Of a stretch of DNA of 64,000 nucleotides, positions 1 through 12,401 are shown one piece after another (within the stretch, counting starts at the first letter, position 1; the number at the start of each line of letters is the position of its first letter). Under the pieces are notes generated by a model that had not been told where the DNA came from, did no database searches, and saw only the letters and a program-made list of their open reading frames with translations. Both the position numbers and the translations under genes were made by a program. Location: contig NW_020846169.1 of assembly GCF_003704095.1 (NCBI RefSeq), positions 124,001 through 188,000 of the forward strand. The letters run 5' to 3'. This stretch comes from Pocillopora damicornis (Eukaryota).

Positions 1-3000
1 TGATTTACAAAAAAGACTTCAAAATTCACCCACAAACGATAAGTAAATAGAACAAATAGTCTCCTTTTCTTTTGGCTCAAAGGATGAGAAAACAAAGGTT
101 CTTGCAGCCATTATTTCTTGAAATTTTACTGTAGTGAGAAATTGAATTCATACTAAATAACAGTAAAAGGGACACTTATGAATTTCAAACCTTAAAAGAA
201 GCTTTAGATTTTTATTTTTTAATTAATTAAACACCTGGGAAAAAAGTGACTATAAATTGTATAATTTCATTTCCACCATTACCTTTACCAGAAGGGTTTT
301 TTCCCCTTGCAATTACAGAACTCGGGTATGAAAACTTGATCAAAATTTTTTTTAAGGCTTAACTAATTTTTATGTCTGATTTGGTTTTTCAGAACTTCAA
401 TGCATGTGTTGATAACCTCTAATGTACTGTGTCATTTCTCTTTTTTACCTGAAAATGAATGGAAAATCATTACTTGTTAAGAAAAGACAATTAGCTATTC
501 ACTGATCAAATTCTGGGGCAAGAGGAAATAGGTAATGAATTTTTTTACTTTTCCTGGTGTCAACTGACAGAACAAACATTAATATCAACTCTAAAGTTTT
601 TACGGCCTAGAATCATGCAAGCATGTTTGACTTTCTTTTTAAGACTTAAGTGTTTGCTTCAAGCAATGTAAATACAAAATTGTGATCTTCTATTCTCCTT
701 TCAAAAAGAACTATCAGTTATTGAAAACTTGTTTCCATGATTACTATTGTTATGCAATGTGTCAGACAAATGAACTGTGCAATCAGTCAAAGGAGTTATT
801 GATATTTTTGCTTTTATCAAACAATGTCATGCAATTATGGCAACTGTTATTCATTATTATTGCCTCAGCTTCCTAGACGTTTAAGCTTTTTCAAAGCTTT
901 CAGATTTGAAACTCCTAAATCTTGGAGTAATTTCTCTTTGTAACATGCAAATCTAATAATATTTCTGAGCAATGGACATGCTGTATTTTTGTCACTTGTG
1001 AATGTTTCACCTTCTTTTAAGCTTGAGAAGATGAAATTCTCAGAGAGATTAACTTAAATTCACCAAAAATCTGGACACAAAATCCTACAAGGAGCTTAAA
1101 GCTGACCATCTTCTTACAAAAGAGATTTCTACATTCTCTCTGATGTTTTTCCCAAAAAATCAAGTCAACAGTTAATGAGAATAAACTAAGGAGCTGATTA
1201 GACCCAGGCAGGACAAAAAAAACAGATTCTCTCATGGTGGAAACTTTTCCATGTGAAAATACTTTAAAACCACAAGCATAATGACTATCATGCTAAAAAT
1301 GGAAAACATTATATCTACAATCTTTTCAATTTAACCTCTAGATTTAAGACAAAATGAAAAAAATTTCTCTTCTCCATAAAGGAATATTTTCCTATTGTTA
1401 ATTGGAATTTACCTTGAGGTTTATTCCAAGATAATTACATAAGACAAATATGCAGATTTCAAGACAAGCACTTAGCGTATTGATTGATAGTTTTATTTCA
1501 AAGCAATAATATTTCATAGCTGTGGGATAAAATATACATAAGGTAAATGCATTTATTGGGATTTTTATCCATTCAGTGGCATTCTGTGTCAAGCCTAATG
1601 GTTCCCTGGGAAATTACATTCCTCCCACATGCTTTTAGCTAAATGTTGTTTGCATTATATCCTTCCATTTTCCTTAGACTTGATGCACAAAAAAAGAAGC
1701 CAATTTCAGCATAGGGGTTGTTTTTGTTAGGATATGTATCTTTTCCTGTTTCTGCTGCAGGGTGTGAGTACCCCCTTACAGATGAAACTAGAAATATCTC
1801 AAACAAGTTTATACATGACCCCAGGTGATTATAAAAAAAAGCACAGAACTTCCTAAGCCATGGAATTGGGTGATTATTTAATTATGCTGTGACACAGGCT
1901 AAGTGGATTTCTAGTAAAGGCTCTCAGAGGATTTCTCCTTGTTTACTAATATCCCAGGGTAAAGATTATCCAAAGGTATTATCTTTATGATAATGTTACT
2001 TCCTCTGGGTACAACTGCAATGACATGTGGAAGGAACTTCCAAAATGGTTTCTTCTTTCAAGGTGTTGCTTTTTCAATATTCATAGTTCAGCAGAACAAG
2101 ATCCAAGTCCTTTAACATTTTCACTTCATCATTACTGGAGTGTTATGTCTGGCTGTTTCATATCCACTTCCTTTGTACTTTGCTTTTGGTATTGCATTGA
2201 GAAAACATCAACTAAATAATGAGAAAGCTTTCATTTTGAAATTACTTCTGAAATTTTTGAGCCTTTTTCATGAAAAATCCTGAAATTTTTAATGTCAGGA
2301 GAAAGTAGAGCTGGTGGTCTCTAAATTTGTGATATTATCCTAAGCAGAATATACTTAGTTCGTTTCACGTCTGACATAATTGATCTCTGACTGCTTTATT
2401 TAAAGCAGCTGTCATTTCGTTTAATATCAACGATCACAGAAAAAAAAATAACAATTCACCATCAAACACTCTGCTTCAATTCTTGTCCAGTTTACACAGA
2501 CAGTTCAGCAAATGAAACTCTCACAATCACAAAAATCAGAAATGTATAGTACTTATTCTTTTCAGATTGTAAGCTATCAGTTGATAAAATCCATAAATCC
2601 TCACTAGCAATCAATGTATATTATGTTGAGCACACAAATAAATGTCAAAACTTTATGCAAATGGTTTCTTATCTTAATCTGTAGTTAAGCTTGTAAAATA
2701 TCTCTAATACAGAGAAGGTATGCCTAGAAACCATTTCTTTAAATACACTGGGTAGCAGTTGAACAATGGTAAATATGAAACATTTCAACATGTAAGATTC
2801 AACAACCCTTTCTATGTTCTATATAAATAATATAAAAAAATTCATATTTTTATGTTTTGCTCATTTTAAACTGAGGAAACTGTTCACAATATGGAAATCT
2901 CAATTCAGCTGCTCAAAATGGTATCACAATATTTTGTTTCTGACTTTTAAACTTCCCTATTGAATCTACCACAGAACTTACAAAAGATGATGTTCCCAAT

Positions 3001-6000
3001 TTATCCCAAATTTAGGATATTTTTCTGTTATTTTTATAATCATGAAAGCTGATATTTACCACAACAAAATGAGGGGGTTTAGCAATTGCTGTTAGTGAAA
3101 GCTATCATCAAAATCTTCCTTCTAAATATTTTATTCCTGTAATTTAAAACTTTGCAATGTAAAGAAAGGAAACTTTAAACCATATGAATATTTAATTTAA
3201 AAATTTTGAAACAGGAAAGTAAGTTATAGCAGACCGATTTTCACACTGAATATTCAAAGCAAGAACATCTTAGGAATTAATTTACTGCGGTCTCTTTAAT
3301 GCACTAATCCCAAGGATAAATTCAAAGGACTCGTGAAAAGCTTCACACATAAGGTGCCATCATTATTATTCCACAAGCAATTACATTTTTACATTGAAAT
3401 TTTCATAACAATAATTTCACAGAAGGTCAATTAGCTTGAAGAAATACAGAGTAACCTGTACCTACAGACAGTTGATTTCTCTTTTGATTTTTTCTGCTTA
3501 TACAGTTTTCATACTCAAAACATACTCCAGGAAATTGCTCCACTTCTACCGACAGCAGGGAAATAGAGAAAGCAATTTTTCCTGTAAATCGTAGACTCTC
3601 TATATATATATTTTTATTTGCTCTTGAAAATATCTCTGAGTGTATGATTACAATGCAAAGGAAATTTACATTCACCTTTAAAGCAGATGTTTGTTTTTTA
3701 CAATTATGGTAGACTCCCCTAAGAAAATAGTAAGAGCATGAAAATAAAACTTTAGTTTGCTTTGGTAAAATGAAAACTAACCTTGAAAATATTCCATTAT
3801 GAAAGACCCAGAAATTTTCTGCCATAGAAAATGCCTCAGTAATTTGTTAGTAGGTTTAGGTTATATATAAAATGTTGCTCAGCAAGAGTTCATTCTTGTG
3901 CTCAAAACAAAAATTGTAAGATGGATTACTGGGAGGGGAAATTTTCTGCAGAAATACATTACAATAACCTGCTGAATCTCCTTTGATTAAAATACAAACA
4001 TTGTAACAAGGTTTTGGATAATTTTAAAGGGTTTCATAGCAAAATTGTTGCTGTTGCTAAACCAAACCTATGTGCTGCTTAAGTTCAACAACATAACAAA
4101 AGAGAAGACAATTTTTTTCTCATAACGTACAACCATGAATATTCAGTTAATTTATCTTATCTAAGGATAACAGACTGCTGTCTGTGTTCCCAAACATGTC
4201 CACTTTAAGATGGTGTACAGAATTATTTGATTACCTTCAAATTTCCCTAAAAGACACACTTTTCCTTTGATCTGAATCAATTAAATTCAAAATGCTTGTA
4301 CTTTTTTTCAGAGACCAAACATCCTCCACTGACTAAAGAAATACATGTGATGAAAAACTTAACTAAAACAGGATTTGAATATAAATGAAAATTATTATTT
4401 CTTTCTTCATTTATATTTTTATCAGACAACCTGCTGAGGAACATGACAATAATCCTGACTATCACATATTGCATCAAACATGCATTTGCTATTTTCAGAA
4501 AACTACATATATTGCTTTGTGTAAATGTGGTGCACTTATTGACTCTGCAAATCAGGGGATATGAGCCCACTAATTAATGAAACACCAGCTGTGTTCCCAA
4601 TGTCCATTTCCTTCTCCTGGAACCATTTTATTGATTGGAAGAAGTCTAGACCAAACAGTGAATCCCTATACCTGAGCTGCCAATAAATTGTTTAAAATCC
4701 AAAATCCTGCATTCCAACAACTGCCTTCACCAAAGAGTCTCAGAAGCTACTAATCTAACAGTAACAAAAAGAAAAAAGAATCTTTATAGATAGCTGTGAA
4801 TTGCTTTGGTTGAAGGAATTGCAAAGAGGTTTTAGAAATATATTATTTAATAGCCATGGTGACCTGGCTATTGGGTTTCAACTTGCATTTCATTCAGTAA
4901 AATTTTTAAATTTAAACTTGAGCATTAATTCAACTTTGGCAATTTGTATTATGAATATAATTATCATGCTCAAAATACAGAAATCTATTTGTAACATAGA
5001 TATGAAATGTGAACTGCAAAGCTTTGGGGAAAACACTTATGCATAAAATGAAGATCAACATCACCTCACCACAACCTTTCTCTGGAAGCAAAGTCTTAAG
5101 ATATACTTAATATATACTGATCAAAGGAAAAAAAAAAGTCACCAATCATGTAAATTTAATTTCATGTAGAAATGTCTCCCCAATTAAGTGGAATTTTCTT
5201 ATTGGATCTGATGGATCTGAAGTTCTATAAAAATTGCCAGTGATCCCTTTCATTATCATTTCATAAAAAAAATTATGACCTTTCTGCAATACTGCAAAAA
5301 TAAAAATGTACACATTCTATATCTGTTGTTGATTTACAAGCTACCACTCACAAATATTTCTGCTTTCTATCAACTCAGGAGGTTACAAGCAAAATAGACA
5401 TGACTATGTGGTGGTTATTAGAAAGAAAACCAGTTAAATGGAGTATTTTTTTCTGATAAAAAAACTCCATAGGTAGCCACTAATGGATTTCTTTTTGTGC
5501 AACAAGAAATCTGTACAAATGGTAAATGAAATGTTTCATAATGATTTTTTCAGTAAAAATATGCTTTACTTACAGGGTGGAAAATTTACAGAAACATTGA
5601 CTTAAATATTTATTTTCTTTCCCCCAAATCAATTTTGTTAGCAGGCATTTCACATACAATAGCAGATTAATTTTAATGAAATGAACTCTCTCCAGCCAAT
5701 CACATTACATATTTTCCCCACCCAGCCCACTGCCAGCTTGTCAAAACTGATTCATGATTAATTTCATTTTTAATTTTTTTTCTTTTTTTTGAGTCAGTTC
5801 ATAACACCTGTATACAATTTGGTGAAATGAACCACTTTGTGGAAGCAGCTGTTTGGGAGTAAAAGATTTCCTGCTCAAGATCTGACCCACCAAGAGAAAA
5901 CGACAACAATTAGTCTTGCAGGAAAATTTCACATTTAGAAAACGTGAAATCTCAACAAGAAAAAATGAAGTAATCATGCATAGCATTCTTAATCTTTGAT

Positions 6001-7290
6001 GATCTTAGTGATAAACCTTGTGGCAGAGTGTTCATCAATTTTTAAAGAGATGATTACCTCGTTCATATTCCTTTGCTTGGATCCTTTCCAACCAGGCTTT
6101 TGACGATTTCTTCCTTTGACCAATGTTTGCTAGCCCACTCAAATGAAAACCCTAACTCCCTTCACATCCTTCTACAAATTCTACAGCATCAATTAGAAAA
6201 CTGAGCAAAATAAATATAAAACTGAGAGTAAATTGAACTCCAATGGCTTGCTACAGTAACACTTGAGTAAACTAGAAAAATGTTTGAGTGGATTTACTTT
6301 AGCAAGTTCTAAACATTTATAGTTTTCTTGTGCATGATAGACAGACGAAAAGAAGGAAAATGGCAAGAGAAAAAAGTTAAATAAATACGAGTCCTCAAGG
6401 AATCTAACAATAATATTTTCGACACATAAGCGAAAGCAACGACCTTTTCTCACACGAATAATTCTATAATGTTATCTTCTGCATTTTTCCCAATCAACAA
6501 AATTTTGAACAAATGAAATTAGTAAAGTTATCAGTTCTTCTCGGCTAACTCGAATAATGGCACTCAGAGGGCAAAATGAATAAATCGTTGAGATCAAACA
6601 GAGAAGAAATATTGGAGACAACACAACAAAAATAAAACAAAATCATCAACACGAAAAAATAGAAGAAAAATTTAATGAAAACAAAACAGAAGTGATCGTA
6701 GAAATGCTCGATCCAAAACGGAAAGAGCGATCGCAACGACAAATCAAAAATACAGCAAAGTAAATAAGGATTCAACCAAAGAGATCGACGACCGGTGCTA
6801 TTATACCGAACTGTCAAAACACCTACGAACATGGTCTCACAAAAACTAAGAAGTTTCTAACGAGAAAATAGCTCGAATTACCAAACAAACAGTGCACTTA
6901 AATTAAGATCCTGCCTAAAATATTATCAAGAATTGGTCAAAAATTTGGTTGATCTCTAAGAATTCCAGTATACCTCATACAGACGTACTCTATTTACCTT
7001 TCTAATTAACACACAAAGTCAAAGTAAAATCTAAATTTTCCAACTATTTTTAACGGAAGAAAGCTCCTTGCCAAACGGCAAATATCGCTTTCCTTAACCT
7101 AGGCTATGATTAAAAGATCAAACGAAAAACTAGGGGCAAAATATGAAAAAGGAAAAAATCAAAGCTTTGATAGCAAGCTTGACGTGGGGCGGAAGGAAGG
7201 GCGAGACTAGTTTGACTCGCCATCTTTGTTGGCACTCTGGCTGTGTGAATGTTCGGCGAATGATTCAAGTTTGTCAAAGTGCTCTCATTT

Positions 7291-8370
7291 TTATTGCTTC
7301 TTGACGTTCGGGGTCTTAAACGATACTTGAAGAGGAGGTTTATCCTCGTGTCCAGCGATTCGGTGTCCGTTCAGACCGGCAATCGCTTGTTGTGCATCAT
7401 CATAGTTTTGCATGTTAACGAAGCCAAAATTCTGGCCTTTCTTCACGCGCACGTCAGAAATTGCACCGTATTTGGCGAATAGTTTGTACAATAGCTTCTC
7501 TGGGTCAACTTTAGTAGTTCCTCCGTCGTCCTTGTCTGACGGCAAGCCATAAACGAAAACACAGTAACTGCCGGGGACAAGAGCGTTCGGAGTAAAGGTG
7601 TTGTTGTTTGGGCTTTGAAGAAACGTGAGCGGCGAGTAGCGAAAATTCGCGCCTTGGTGGTACAGAGGCCCTACCCCGCTAGCGCTGAACGGTGATCTTG
7701 CATTTCCACGAATTTGCGGCGGAGTAAGACCGATTGGTGACTGAAAGGCAAACGGAATCTGAGGCTTGTTGCTCGGAGGATTGGCAAACTTCACGGTCAG
7801 TTTAGAAGATTCCGAGGGACTTACACCCGGAATCTGCGCGCCATTCAATGCGTCGATCGCAGCTTGCGCTTGAGAGCGCTTGTCAAAACGGACGAATCCA
7901 GCACCACGACTCACGGAGTTTTCATCTTTGAGAACTTTTGATGTTATAATCTCGCCATATTTATGAAAGAGTGCCTCTAGCTGTTCCTCATTCATTGCCT
8001 TTGGTAGTCCACTAATGTACAGATTGGCATTTTTTATGTCCTCTGATGAGGGTCGAGCATAACTCACTTTGATATTCTTGGTCTGAACTCGCAGCCGATT
8101 TAATTCCCTGACCGCTTTAGCCGCCTGATCAGGTTCCTCATAGTTAACGAACGCGTAACCAAGGCTGTTGCCAGATACTCTGTCCCGTACGAGTTTACAA
8201 CTCGACACGGTTCCGAATTCACCGAATAAGTTTTTGAGTTCGCCCTCGCTCATCGAAGGCGGTAGGTAGTTGATGATCAAATTTGTCTTCATGTTGTGAT
8301 CTGTGCCGTTTTCCAGGGATTCGCCGTTCATCTGCACGGGAACTGTGCTATCATTCATCTTGTCCAACAT
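7291..8370 (-). CDS. ELAVL: ELAV/Hu family RNA-binding protein, three RRMs, single-exon CDS (359 aa)
   Basis: RRM1 has TNLIINYLP and SLGYAFVNY, followed by KNIKVSYARPSS. RRM2 has ANLYISGLP and RGAGFVRF. The hinge carries RYSP, and RRM3 has CVFVYGLP and NFGFVNM, ending LQVSFKT. All are ELAV hallmarks. The first ATG is at 8370 (the ORF track starts at a TTG). Confidence 0.95.
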   Translation of the reverse strand: MLDKMNDSTVPVQMNGESLENGTDHNMKTNLIINYLPPSMSEGELKNLFGEFGTVSSCKLVRDRVSGNSLGYAFVNYEEPDQAAKAVRELNRLRVQTKNIKVSYARPSSEDIKNANLYISGLPKAMNEEQLEALFHKYGEIITSKVLKDENSVSRGAGFVRFDKRSQAQAAIDALNGAQIPGVSPSESSKLTVKFANPPSNKPQIPFAFQSPIGLTPPQIRGNARSPFSASGVGPLYHQGANFRYSPLTFLQSPNNNTFTPNALVPGSYCVFVYGLPSDKDDGGTTKVDPEKLLYKLFAKYGAISDVRVKKGQNFGFVNMQNYDDAQQAIAGLNGHRIAGHEDKPPLQVSFKTPNVKKQ

Positions 8371-9221
8371 CAAGAAAAGTTTTAAAGCAAGAGAGGAACT
8401 CTTGGAAAGATAAGGAATAAATTACAGGGTCACCAAATGAACTCAATCGTCTCGTGGACTCGACCGAACGTCAAAAATTCGAATGTGAACTGAACTGTCA
8501 GAGATGGCGGTAAAACTTATTTATGTTCCACGTGGTTAGACTCCGCACAATTTCGCATTAAATTCAACACCCTCTAGCTTCAATACAACTATCCCACCAG
8601 GGAGGGCTAAGCAATTTATTTTCATCACAGATTGGTATTCTCTTAATCTATGGGGTTTATGGTGAAGATAAGTATTCTAAGGTACAATTTCGTGTAATTT
8701 AATGGATTTGAGTTTCAGGCGGTTCATTCTTGAAGCAAAAAAGCAAGTTTTGAAGATGTTTATAAAATGTAATAGGGTAGGGTGGGGTGATGAGATTGTC
8801 GGCGGCATTACAAAGGACCGGAAAATCGGAAATTGCAGCTGAATTCGCACGCTTGAAATCTACGAAGGGGATGAATTATGTCTGATCTGTGGCAAAAAGG
8901 ATTATTTCAACACTTGAAAACAAGAACAATTTGAATTTAAAGCGGAAAAAAGCTAGAAGTTTTGCTATTAAAACTTTGACAGATGCGTAGGGCCTGAACA
9001 TTGATTGAAAATTATCATTTATTCTTTTGTTTATGCCGTGCGAAGATCTACAATCTTCAGTCATTTCACAAATGAATTGTACGTATTCATTTCATTGTTA
9101 AATTGTCGTCGCTTTGCTATTTTATTTTCTTTCATCGCCTAATTTGTATTAGCCTCGGGTAAAAAACAAAACTTGGCGCGTCTATGGATTGTATTCGGCG
9201 TTTATAAAATTTTCAAGTTGT

Positions 9222-10088
9222 ATGAAAATCAGCCCACTTTCTTCATTTCCGTTGTTTGTGCGTTCGTTTAAGCACAGAACGATTACTACCGCTGTTAGAC
9301 GACGATTCAAAATGACATCAAACACAGGAAGCTGTCATAGGACTCGCTATGGTGTTATAGTTTGCGATAACCACGAAAAATGGGGTGGCGCTTCATCGAT
9401 AGGAAAGCGTTATGTCGACATCTTCAAAAGCAAATCTGAGGCCGAGGATTGGCGTATTTTCGCAGCTATTGAAGGCGAGGTACCTTCCAAAGGGGATTTA
9501 GAAACATTTGACGGCTTCTTTATCACGGGAAGTCCCCATTCTGCGAACGATGATATCAAGTGGATTAACGATTTGAAGGAATTTATTTCTTCTTCGGCGA
9601 ATTCATCCAAGGCTCGTATCATAGGTGTGTGCTTCGGCCATCAGTTAATTGGAGCCGCTCTGGGTGGTCAAGTCACGGCGAATCCATCGCAGAAATTCGT
9701 CCTGCAGAGCGAAGAAGTCAAAACAGATAGGAATTTTCGAGGAAATAAAGCAATAGAAGAACTAATCGAAGGCCTTGATGGCCCCCTTCGCTTGCTGGAG
9801 TGCCATGGTGAATGTGTAGCGACCCTACCCCCCGGAGCTACAAATCTGGCGGAATCAGCAACTTGCCATCATGAGATGATTCAATTTACAGAAAACATCT
9901 TCGGGATTCAAGCGCATCCAGAATTTATTGTGCAAGATTATAAAGATCATCTGATCCCTGACTTATTCTGTGGCGGTAAACTAGACGAGAATGGAAAGAA
10001 ACTTTGCGAAGAGTCTCTTCTTCTACCTTTAGATTCATCTAAGATGACGGCTGCCTTGAAGAAGTTCCTCTCGAAAGAGGATTCTTAA
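9222..10088 (+). CDS. Class I glutamine amidotransferase-like protein (GATase1_1 / gamma-glutamyl peptidase-like), paralog 1, intronless
   Basis: Motifs FDGFFITGS, nucleophile elbow GVCFGHQ, CHGE and GIQAHPE give a Cys-His-Glu triad. In-frame ATGs lie at 9222 and 9312. Confidence 0.9.
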   Translation: MKISPLSSFPLFVRSFKHRTITTAVRRRFKMTSNTGSCHRTRYGVIVCDNHEKWGGASSIGKRYVDIFKSKSEAEDWRIFAAIEGEVPSKGDLETFDGFFITGSPHSANDDIKWINDLKEFISSSANSSKARIIGVCFGHQLIGAALGGQVTANPSQKFVLQSEEVKTDRNFRGNKAIEELIEGLDGPLRLLECHGECVATLPPGATNLAESATCHHEMIQFTENIFGIQAHPEFIVQDYKDHLIPDLFCGGKLDENGKKLCEESLLLPLDSSKMTAALKKFLSKEDS

Positions 10089-11345
10089 AATTTCGATGAC
10101 AGACTCTACAAACCGAGGAAAATGGTTGCATAGTTAGCCATTTTTTTCCTTTTTTTTTTTTTTGTTTAAGCAATAAAAGAAAACACTTTTACCTTTAAGG
10201 GGACTAAGGTATTTGAAATATCAGTGGTGTATGTAAAATTTCTCCACACATTTTTAATACTCTAACCAGGGGCTAAAAAGCAATACTTGATCAAATCATC
10301 AGGGAGCAAAAGGTTGAACATGTACTTTTAAATAAAGGGGTTAAGGTGCTGTAGTAGAGTATGTGTGGGTACTTGGAAATTTTCTGTTAGAAAAAGTACA
10401 TTGCAGGAATCACAATTTTGGACCACTTTTTTCACACAACTTTTATGGTATTATTGGGAAGGAAACGGTTCCCTTGTTTCTGCATTTACAAATTTGCTAA
10501 TTTAACCAGTCTGTTGCATGATGCTGGCCAAAGCAGTGGTTAGGGTCAAGGGTTTTTGCTGGCTGTACAGTACTACTTTACAATGTAACCTTTGTTAGAG
10601 ACATTCTGGCTGGGTATGCCACACACATGTTAGCCATCTGTCGCTAGTTTTTTTCACAACCTGACCAGTCACTGTGCTCTACATCAACTGAATTCCATAT
10701 CTGGTTTTTACCAAGTTTCATTATACAACTTTCAACCACAGTGAAGAATTCTATAGGTTTGAGTGGGTCATACTGCATATCATGTCAGTAAAATGTATAT
10801 ACATGCTCAGGACTAGAGATGGTAAGGTTAAACTCTGTGCTCACCATGGTGACATTAAATTTTTAAACTAACAATGCTAGTCTGAGTGACAGTATTTTGA
10901 TTATTATAGTATTGATAATTTTTATGTTAATTATTATGAGTCTTCTCCAGTGTTACTGGTTTGCCCTTCACTTTTTTGTAAGAGCAGACTAGGAGTCTAG
11001 TGCTCACTAAGAATGTCAACAATTTTAAAAGTGGTGATAGAAGTATTCTTAAGGGTATGAGTGTGTTTGTTTTTTCTTTAAGCAACAATATAATTTTGCA
11101 AAACTGGGCAAAGTGCCAATAATTCAATCAGTGCTGTTATAGGTTATTAACTGTAGACTAGTAATGTCATTTCACACTGCAAAAACTCAAAATAGTGCAA
11201 GGGTGAAAGTTTGGGTATTGAACTGGCAAATATTTACAATCCTCAGAATTCAATTAGGTGTTAGGTATTTTTCTAATGGATATTCATGGGACATCACCCT
11301 CTATTTTAATAAAGTATCAACCTTAAATGTTTCTCATCAGCATGG

Positions 11346-11429
11346 TTTGTTTTATTATTCTTCTATTTATATATTAATTCTGTTACTTTGTTTTATTATT
11401 CTTCTATTTATATATTAATTCTGTTACTT
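11346..11429 (+). repeat. Tandem duplication, ~41-bp unit x2
   Basis: ttgttttattattcttctatttatatattaattctgttact occurs twice. Confidence 0.9.
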
Positions 11430-12401
11430 ATGGTTAGATTTTTGTAAATCCTGAGTCTTGTTCCAACAAAATTACTTTTCAGACAGTCTCTGGGAGAATT
11501 AAGGCTTATTTTGAATGATTTATAGCCTGTGTCAAGCTCTTACTAACTATTGGCAATCGAGCTAAGACAGTGACAGAGGTGTGGGAAATTATCCTTGTCT
11601 TGATACTTGCACAGATTCTACACATTTTTGGTGATTTGGACCCAAACTATGTCACTCATTGCATCTGTTCTTGGTTGCTCTAGTTGTGACTCCTTTCCTG
11701 AGGTCTGTAAATAACCAACTGGCATGCCTCCTACTGTAGGGGAATTTTTACTAATGTATGTTAATTCCGAATAACTGGCCTGAATAGACGTACCTGGGAG
11801 TGGTCAAATATAAATACTAACAATTTCCAAATAGGTACTAAGGGAAATGATTGTCATTGGCAATCTTTAAAAGAAGAAACTGTTTGAGGGAAAAAACCTG
11901 GAAAATTCAGACTTACAGTTGGTTCAGACCTGTGTCTTAGGGATAGGAGTAAGGTGCTACCAACAGAGCTACAGGCATGGGTTTTGGGAGGGAATATTAT
12001 CACAGTCAACTATGTCAAAGGCTGCATTTTGACATCGAATTTGAACTTCACTTTTGAGGATCACTTCATTCTTTGCTATCATCCACAGGTGAAAATATGG
12101 TTTATTTCATTTATTTGTGACCAAATTCCTCTGTTCACGACTGAATACTTTGAATATTTAGACTAATAACCCGAGTTGGCAAAATCTAAGAGGAAATTTC
12201 CCATAAACAGGCGCCCAGTAATCATATTCCCTCCCATCAGGTGATCTAAATAATACGTAATCGTATGCGAAGACTGCGTGACAACTTTGTGACGTACATA
12301 GCTATCGACGACAATCACGCACTCGGTTGTAACAACCGGTGTTTTGCGTCACGTGAGGATAAATTACATTCCTCTTGAACAAAGCAGTGAATTCTGAAGC
12401 A

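Noticed and set aside
6054-6190. Possible minus-strand exon ending GAG|gtaatc
   Set aside because: Weak acceptor, no recognisable protein and no partner exons found.
682-6832. Numerous 60-130 aa ORFs in the ORF track here and in other intergenic regions
   Set aside because: Low-complexity AT-rich translations without motifs, often with non-ATG starts; consistent with chance.
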